From a virus (lineage: Duplodnaviria > Caudoviricetes), in IMG/VR virus record IMGVR_UViG_3300049170_000125, positions 1-31,127 of that record: DNA of 31,127 nt. One strand, given 5' to 3'. The notes under the pieces were generated by a model. That model was not told where the DNA came from. It ran no database searches and saw only the letters and a list, made by a program, of their open reading frames with translations. Both the position numbers and the translations under genes were made by a program. Below, piece by piece: positions 26,501-31,127 of the stretch (position 1 is its first letter; each line of letters opens with the position of its first letter).

Positions 26501-26968
26501 TACGCCGTCGCACGCTATGTGGACACCAGCAACTCGTACTTGGCCAGGTTGGAGTTCACCACCGCCCAGGCAGTCATTCTGTCGATCCGCAAGCGTGTCG
26601 GAGGCGTGGAGACCCAGCTCGCAACCTTCACCACCGGCCTGGCCCACACGGCAGGCGGGCTGTTCCGCGTGCGGTTCCAGGGCGTCGGGTCGCAACTGCG
26701 CGCGAAGGCGTGGCTCGCCAGCGGTACGGAGCCGGGCCTCTGGCAGGTCAGCGTGACCGACACCGACCTGACGGCGGCTGGGTCACTGGGCGTGCGGTCC
26801 GTCCTGTCCGGATCCACCACCGGCCTGCCGGTCGTGGCCACGTTCGACAACTTGGAGCAGCTCAACCCGCAGTCCATGACCGTGACCCGCTCGGTGAACG
26901 GCATCGCCAAGTCGCATCCCGCGGGCGCGGGCGTGCGGCTCGCCAAGCCCCTGGCAATCGCCCTGTGA
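23600..26968 (+). CDS. Large multidomain tail-tip/minor tail protein with lectin (LamG)-like regions
   Basis: 1122 aa directly after tape measure; L.NRDGRFS..DPNS.LYG.IG.NTP, WPL.DG, and C-terminal TVTRSVNG..KSH.AG..VRLA. Confidence 0.85.
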   Translation: MVSLPPPDLLELFYDGQWNTVTGQPRASAGVTMSRGVSAEGTRAEPSSADMLLGNRDGRFSRRDPNSALYGKIGPNTPIRYSVQAGHPYLLLPGDEPSGLTTPDHASLGVTDLDLRIEVALDDYTATQELAARYVATGNQRHFNFRLVNGGQMWLEWYPDGTLASQKSAGSLPVVPANPRQRIALRVVLDVNNGSGGHLVSFYWAPTIGATVWTLLDTDTAGAGTTTLIDGTAGLQLGTNTAVIGNGTKGRIYAMELWDGATATRKVRLDFTTAKAGDTSFTDTDGLVWTLAGAASLSNQHIRMAGEVPSWPPERDRSGQDRTVPITPAGITRRLGAGNRPLESALLRFIRAASPIDCWPLTDGQQATAATSLVQGATMTPVFTTGSGPVQWAQGSLAEWVEPVAQAPASNSFTMRGTLPDSAAAASGWSAEFAIAGLLTGSAELRTFDRGAGSDADNRISWLVALDPSADEVEVRVTSAGATSSSFTVVGFYTGTGVFDSQPHHIRLTITPQPGPGTTAWALYIDGALIDSGTHAVVTKAPLYVQPGCFQSNTTGNTPSLGFVTCWGPDAPPAADVYDALLGFQGETAGARFLRLCAEQGVPAAVLGDEDDTTPLGVQQLQTFLDALASIAKADHGYALEQRDDRALLYRPRTTLYNQDPVLTLDFSQGVISPPFKPLDDDKDAENDILVTRAGGSFGRVSRETIAEGPKSVEAIGRYDVAHTLSLAEDAQAIQHAGWRLHLGTADGLRYTQITLDLGNPRVQTMARDIYLADVGDKIRLTNLPADHGPDDVDLIIRGYKETVSEREWKITFNCTPGAVYNVLQLNAGAYSRLDTGGSELAAGINTTATTLPVAVTGTALWSTSAGDVPFSVLVGGEEMTATAVASSVRDTFGRTVASGWGAADSGQTWTVVGTASDFSVSGGLGRHSLPAVSTVRHSVIPQAGADFDLMASMATSVLAAGGSHLVYAVARYVDTSNSYLARLEFTTAQAVILSIRKRVGGVETQLATFTTGLAHTAGGLFRVRFQGVGSQLRAKAWLASGTEPGLWQVSVTDTDLTAAGSLGVRSVLSGSTTGLPVVATFDNLEQLNPQSMTVTRSVNGIAKSHPAGAGVRLAKPLAIAL

Positions 26969-26978
26969 AAGGAGCCCC

Positions 26979-27458
26979 ATGCCCTACAACGGCTTCACCG
27001 CCGGCCAGCAAGCCGACGCTGACGACATGAACGCCATCGCGGGCATCTGGAAGACGTACCCGATCGCGTGGACCTCCACCGGCACCGCCCCCGCGCTCGG
27101 CAACGGGATCCTGGAGGGCAAGTACGCCCTGGTCGGCGGCCTGTGCATCGTCCGCGGCAACCTCGCCATGGGCAGCAGCACCACCTACGGCAGCGGCGAG
27201 TACCGCTTCAGCCTGCCATTCACCGCGGCCACCCTCGGCCACTCCGATTTCCACTGGGTGGGTGGCGCGACCAGCATCGACCGAGCTGCCGCCTGGTTCC
27301 CAGGGCAGTGCCGCGTGGCATCCGGGACCGCCTACGCCATGTGCATCAGCTCAACGACCGCCGGAGGCGGCACCCCCACCGAGTGGAGCAACATCAGGCC
27401 CTTCACCTGGGCCAACCTCGACGTCCTCAATTTCACCGTGACCTACGAACCCGCGTAA
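26979..27458 (+). CDS. Putative tail fibre/receptor-binding protein
   Basis: AAAGGAG RBS; W..Y...WT...TAPALGNG.L.G.Y...MGSSTTYGSG...FSLPF. Confidence 0.7.
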   Translation: MPYNGFTAGQQADADDMNAIAGIWKTYPIAWTSTGTAPALGNGILEGKYALVGGLCIVRGNLAMGSSTTYGSGEYRFSLPFTAATLGHSDFHWVGGATSIDRAAAWFPGQCRVASGTAYAMCISSTTAGGGTPTEWSNIRPFTWANLDVLNFTVTYEPA

Positions 27459-27479
27459 CACAGGCACTGGAGGCACAAG

Positions 27480-27719
27480 ATGGCTACCTTCCCCACCCTC
27501 GAGCCGGGCGGCAACACGTACGTCGTGCAGCTGTGGGACACGGGCGGCATCGCAATCATTGTCGGCTGCCCCGTCAGCCCCGACATCGCCACACCCGAAT
27601 TCGAAGCACTGCTACAGGAGTTCGGCGAGAAAGCGGCGACGCTCCTGAACACCAACCTGGCGACGATCATCCGCTACGCCACCAACGAGACCGCCGTCTA
27701 CCAGATGCCCACCACCTGA
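27480..27719 (+). CDS. Small hypothetical protein
   Basis: GGAGG RBS; fills the gap between tail gene and terminator. Confidence 0.65.
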   Translation: MATFPTLEPGGNTYVVQLWDTGGIAIIVGCPVSPDIATPEFEALLQEFGEKAATLLNTNLATIIRYATNETAVYQMPTT

Positions 27720-27737
27720 CCCACCCACGCCACCGCC

Positions 27738-27766
27738 AGCCCCGCGCCGCCCCGGCCGGGGCTTTC
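27738..27766 (+). terminator. Intrinsic terminator-like hairpin before lysis genes
   Basis: AGCCCCG...CGGGGCT followed by TTC. Confidence 0.6.
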
Positions 27767-27785
27767 GTCATCCCTGGAGGCCCCC

Positions 27786-28709
27786 ATGGCCACACCCCTG
27801 ACCGCGGACCGGCTCGTCGCCGCGCTCCGCGCCGAAGACGTCACCGTCGTCGAGCACGACGGCTGGCGCACCCACCACCGCAACCAGGCCGGCGCCTGGG
27901 GCCCCGTGAACGGCGTGATGATCCACCACACCGTCAGCTCCGGTACAGCCTCGTCCGTCGAGCTCTGCTACAACGGCTACAAGGGTCTGCCCGGCCCGCT
28001 CTGCCACGGCGTGATCGCCAAGGACGGCACCGTGCACCTGGTCGGCAACGGCCGTGCCAACCACGCGGGGGGCGGCGACCCCTCCGTCCTCCAGGCCGTC
28101 ATCACCGAGACGTACGGCGACCGCCCGCCGGCGCCCCGCGTCCACCAGGGCAGCCCCGGCGCCGTCGACGGCAACGCCCGCTTCTACGGGTTCGAGTGCA
28201 TCAACCTCGGGAACGGCTCCGACCCGTGGCCCGCCGAGCAGCTGCTCGCGATCGAGCGCGTGAGCGCGGCCCTGTGTCGGGCGCACGGCTGGGGCGCGAA
28301 GTCCGTCATCGGACACCTCGAGTGGTCCGACTGGAAGAGCGACCCCCGCGGGTTCGCCATGCCGACCATGCGCACCCGCGTCCAGGCCCGCCTCGGCAAG
28401 GACCCCGCCAGGCCCACGCCGCCCAAGCCCGCCCCCGCGCCGCCGAAGAAGCCGCAGTACGAGCCGTTCCCCGGCACCTCGTTCTTCCGCAACAGTCCCA
28501 ACTCGCCGATCGTCACCGCAATGGGCCGCCGCCTGGTCGCCGAGGGCTGTGGCCGGTACCGCGTCGGCCCCGGCAACCGCTGGTCCGAGGCCGACCGCCA
28601 GTCGTACGCCGCGTGGCAGCGCAAGCTCGGCTTCCGCGGCTCCGACGCCGACGGCTGGCCCGGCCCCTCTTCCTGGAACGCACTCAAGGTCCCGAAGACC
28701 TCTCGATGA
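27786..28709 (+). CDS. Endolysin, N-acetylmuramoyl-L-alanine amidase with C-terminal peptidoglycan-binding domain
   Basis: VMIHHT, GRANHAG, FYGFEC, VIGHLEW...K.DP; Pro-rich linker; WQRKLGF.G.DADGWPG..SW. Confidence 0.93.
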   Translation: MATPLTADRLVAALRAEDVTVVEHDGWRTHHRNQAGAWGPVNGVMIHHTVSSGTASSVELCYNGYKGLPGPLCHGVIAKDGTVHLVGNGRANHAGGGDPSVLQAVITETYGDRPPAPRVHQGSPGAVDGNARFYGFECINLGNGSDPWPAEQLLAIERVSAALCRAHGWGAKSVIGHLEWSDWKSDPRGFAMPTMRTRVQARLGKDPARPTPPKPAPAPPKKPQYEPFPGTSFFRNSPNSPIVTAMGRRLVAEGCGRYRVGPGNRWSEADRQSYAAWQRKLGFRGSDADGWPGPSSWNALKVPKTSR

Positions 28710-28722
28710 AGGAGACCCCCAC

Positions 28723-28953
28723 ATGAGCACCGCCACCAAGCGCACCGTCCGTACTGTCCTCCAGGGCGCCATCGGCCTGGCCGTCGCACTTCCCGCGATC
28801 GTCGACGCCTCGGGCATCCCCGCGTCCCTTCCGTGGGTCGCGGGCGCCCTCGCCGTCGCCGGCGGACTCGCCCGCGTCATGGCCCTGCCCGCCGTCGAGC
28901 AGCTGCTCGACCGCGTCGGCCTCGGCCTGGTCGACGAGCGCACCACGCCGTGA
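28723..28953 (+). CDS. Holin
   Basis: AAGGAG RBS; KRTVRTVLQ followed by two hydrophobic segments; directly after endolysin. Confidence 0.8.
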   Translation: MSTATKRTVRTVLQGAIGLAVALPAIVDASGIPASLPWVAGALAVAGGLARVMALPAVEQLLDRVGLGLVDERTTP

Positions 28954-29210
28954 CCACGCCTCCGCCGACTGACCCGACCGTCGCCGTCGAGCTGGAGAGG
29001 ATCCGAGGGACGCTCGACGCTGGATTCGCCCGGGTCGACGGTTCCCTCGCACTCCTCGTCCAGCGGTCCGACCAGACCGACAAGCAGCTCGCCGACATGG
29101 AGTCCCGACTCGATGCCCTGGAACGGTCGCGATGGCCGCTCACCAGCATCGCCGCACTCGCAGCCGCCGGCGGCCTGATGCTCGCCGTCTGGCAGCTCGC
29201 CGGTCACTAA
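28950..29210 (+). CDS. Coiled-coil membrane protein of the lysis cassette
   Basis: GTGA overlap; VELERIRG...RLDALERSRWP plus a C-terminal TM helix. Confidence 0.8.
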   Translation: MTTPPPTDPTVAVELERIRGTLDAGFARVDGSLALLVQRSDQTDKQLADMESRLDALERSRWPLTSIAALAAAGGLMLAVWQLAGH

Positions 29211-29215
29211 AGACT

Positions 29216-29255
29216 CCGCCCCCTCCCGCCTGAAGGCGGGAGGGGGCGGTTTCTT
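29216..29255 (+). terminator. Strong intrinsic terminator ending the late operon
   Basis: 15-bp perfect stem CCGCCCCCTCCCGCC-tgaa-GGCGGGAGGGGGCGG followed by TTTCTT. Confidence 0.85.
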
Positions 29256-29331
29256 GCGTTCTGGATCCCACGACAAGGGCCTTGCCCCATACCCTGGCAG
29301 GTGTCGAGTCTGTTCAGAGAGGGGCAAGGCC

Positions 29332-30585
29332 GTGTCATCTGATGCTACCCCGGACCCGTACGAAGACCCTGTGCGCTTCGGGCAGAGAGTCCAGATCTTT
29401 CGCAACCACCGCGGCATGACGCGCGAGCAGCTCGGCGGGCTCCTCGGACACCACCCGTCCTGGGTCAAGAAGGTCGAGACCGGAAAGATGAAGATGCCCC
29501 GCCTCCACGAGATCCTCCGCATCGCCGAAGTCCTCCGCGTGCGGCGGCTCAACGACCTCGTCGGCTCTGAAGGCGAGCCCGCTGTCGAGCTGTTCGTGGG
29601 CCCCGGGCACAGCAAGCTGCCCGCAGTGGCGGCAGCCGTCAACGCGTTCCCTCTCTCGGCAGACCGCCCTGCACCTCGAACCGAGCACCTGCAGGCCCGT
29701 CTCGCGACTGCGTGGGCCTCGCGGCATTCCGCCCCGAACCACCGCGAAGTGCTGGGCGACCTGCTGCCCAGCCTGATCCAGGACGCCCAGCTCGCTGTAC
29801 GGCACGCCGATTCCGCAGCCGCGCGCCGGGCCGCGCAATCCGTACTCAGCCAGGTGTACTCGCTGGCCCAGTTCTTCGTGGCCTATCAGCCGGACGCGGC
29901 TCTCCTCTGGCGCGTTGCCGAACGGGGGATGGTCGCGGCTCAGGAGTCCGAGGATCCGCACACGATCGGCGTGGCCGCGTGGCTGACTGCCCAGGCGCAC
30001 CGCGACTCAGGGCCCGCACACTTCGACGCGGCTGACGATGTCACCATGCAAACCCTGGAGTACCTGGAGCCGTTCCTGCCGGACGCGCCGATTGAGGTCA
30101 GGGCGATCGCTGGCGCCCTGCAATTCGAGGCCGGGTACACCGCGGCCCGCCGGAGGGCAACCGGTACAGCGTGGGGCTGGTGGGATCGCGCGAACATGAC
30201 TGCCAACGGACTGCCGGCGGACTACTTCCACCCGGTCACGTCCTTCAGCCGGGCCGTCATGGGCGCGCACGCGGTCACGGTGGCAGTCGAGTTGGGCAAG
30301 GGCGGTGAGTCAGTACGGCAGGCAGCCCAGGCGGAAGCCAGCGCCATCACGTCCCGGCCCCGGCGGGCCAGGCACCGCATCGAGCAGGCGCGCGCCTACT
30401 ACCTCGACGGCCAGCACGAAACCGCGCTGTCCACCCTGGAGCAGGCTCACGAGGCTGCCCCGGAGACGATCCGCTACAACGGGTATGCCCGCCGGATCGT
30501 GCTGGAGGAGACGGAGTCGAGGCTGCCGGAGAGGCGTCAGCGTGCCTCCCAACTTGCCGTGAAGATCGGCATCCTCGCCGCGTAG
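29332..30585 (+). CDS. XRE-family HTH regulator with helical TPR-like C-terminal region
   Basis: GTG at 29332; RNHRGMTREQLGGLLG..PSWVKKVETG; RRARHRIEQARAY...APETIRY. Confidence 0.88.
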   Translation: MSSDATPDPYEDPVRFGQRVQIFRNHRGMTREQLGGLLGHHPSWVKKVETGKMKMPRLHEILRIAEVLRVRRLNDLVGSEGEPAVELFVGPGHSKLPAVAAAVNAFPLSADRPAPRTEHLQARLATAWASRHSAPNHREVLGDLLPSLIQDAQLAVRHADSAAARRAAQSVLSQVYSLAQFFVAYQPDAALLWRVAERGMVAAQESEDPHTIGVAAWLTAQAHRDSGPAHFDAADDVTMQTLEYLEPFLPDAPIEVRAIAGALQFEAGYTAARRRATGTAWGWWDRANMTANGLPADYFHPVTSFSRAVMGAHAVTVAVELGKGGESVRQAAQAEASAITSRPRRARHRIEQARAYYLDGQHETALSTLEQAHEAAPETIRYNGYARRIVLEETESRLPERRQRASQLAVKIGILAA

Positions 30586-30671
30586 ACGGGGCCGAAACCG
30601 GGCCCCTGATCCAGTCGGAACGCCCCTACCGTCGTTGATACCGCAGGTCACGACGACGGTAGGGAGCGGCC

Positions 30672-31127
30672 ATGCGCGAGCAGATCCAGCACGACAGAGC
30701 AGATGGGCCCGGGCCCGCGATCGAGTTCAACCTCGCCGAGTTCCTCCTCGGCACGGTCGACGCCGTTGAGGAGCAGGCCGAGGAACTCGCGGAGCGCGAC
30801 ATCTCTCGGGCCCTTGGGTTGAAGCAGCACCCCGGAGACGTTGCGCTCAAGGACCTCACCGACCGGCTGATGACCCGCTGCGCGGGCCTGGCCGAAGGCG
30901 TCGAGGGAATCCCGGCCGCTGAGCGCGGCGCGCGCGGCGCCGGCGCCCTGGAGACCTGGGCCCAGTTGAAGAAGGACGGCCCCGCTGACGGGCCGCTCGG
31001 CTCCTGGTCCTACACCAAGCACCTCGCGCTCGCGGCCCGAGACATGGTCCGCACCCTCCGCGAGCACCGTGCTGCCGCGTTCGTCGGCCGCGCCGACCTG
31101 CCGCCGATCGCCCCGGACGCCCAGTGA
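30672..31127 (+). CDS. DUF6415-like hypothetical protein
   Basis: AGGGAG RBS; all-helical, ending HLALAARDMVRTL; follows an XRE regulator. Family call from memory. Confidence 0.55.
   Translation: MREQIQHDRADGPGPAIEFNLAEFLLGTVDAVEEQAEELAERDISRALGLKQHPGDVALKDLTDRLMTRCAGLAEGVEGIPAAERGARGAGALETWAQLKKDGPADGPLGSWSYTKHLALAARDMVRTLREHRAAAFVGRADLPPIAPDAQ

Larger units (their letters stand above)
1..31127 (+). mobile_element. Temperate actinophage (Streptomyces-like siphovirus) prophage, left end (integrase/repressor) not in window
   Basis: Colinear cro/xis, replication, packaging, HK97 head, non-contractile tail and lysis modules; high GC3 codon usage; many ATGA/GTGA gene overlaps. Confidence 0.95.

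Noticed and set aside
11084-26695. Long minus-strand and alternate-frame ORFs (e.g. 11084-13303, 15645-17513, 21402-23078, 23650-26202, 24758-26695)
   Set aside because: Shadow ORFs of high-GC3 genes; Arg/Gly/Pro-rich with no motifs, overlapping clear structural genes.
23600-27719. Diversity-generating retroelement or invertible tail cassette
   Set aside because: No reverse transcriptase, invertase or TR/VR repeat pair seen.
1-31127. Scattered CGTACG/CCGTACGG words as operator sites
   Set aside because: Mostly within coding regions, unclustered, and a common word in streptomycete DNA.
1-31127. bldA (TTA codon) control, tRNA genes, integrase and att sites
   Set aside because: The few TTA triplets I found are out of frame or non-coding; no tRNA cloverleaf or integrase recognised; att sites cannot be identified without flanks.

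Overview
This is a high-GC, almost entirely + strand window that reads as most of a temperate Streptomyces-type siphovirus (prophage). Gene order: Cro-like HTH and excisionase-like gene; small translationally coupled early genes; a winged-helix replication initiator carrying five palindromic 23-bp iterons (probable origin); regulators (tandem LuxR-HTH, Zn-ribbon protein, two HTH proteins); an orphan DNA methyltransferase; an accessory cell-surface region (chaplin, lipoprotein, small secreted protein, gene relics); HNH/TerS/TerL; portal fused to a MuF-like domain; HK97 protease and capsid; neck and tail genes with a -1 frameshift chaperone; tape measure; one large tail-tip protein; amidase, holin and a third lysis gene; and finally an XRE-HTH/TPR-like regulator with a DUF6415-like gene. 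No integrase or main repressor is visible; they probably lie just left of the window. The strongest unexplained signals are (i) a dense, roughly helically phased GCGACA array inside an HTH gene next to the probable late promoter, and (ii) a divergent phage-borne chaplin flanked by a ~140-bp duplication. All product calls come from motif recognition and synteny by eye; no database searches were run.
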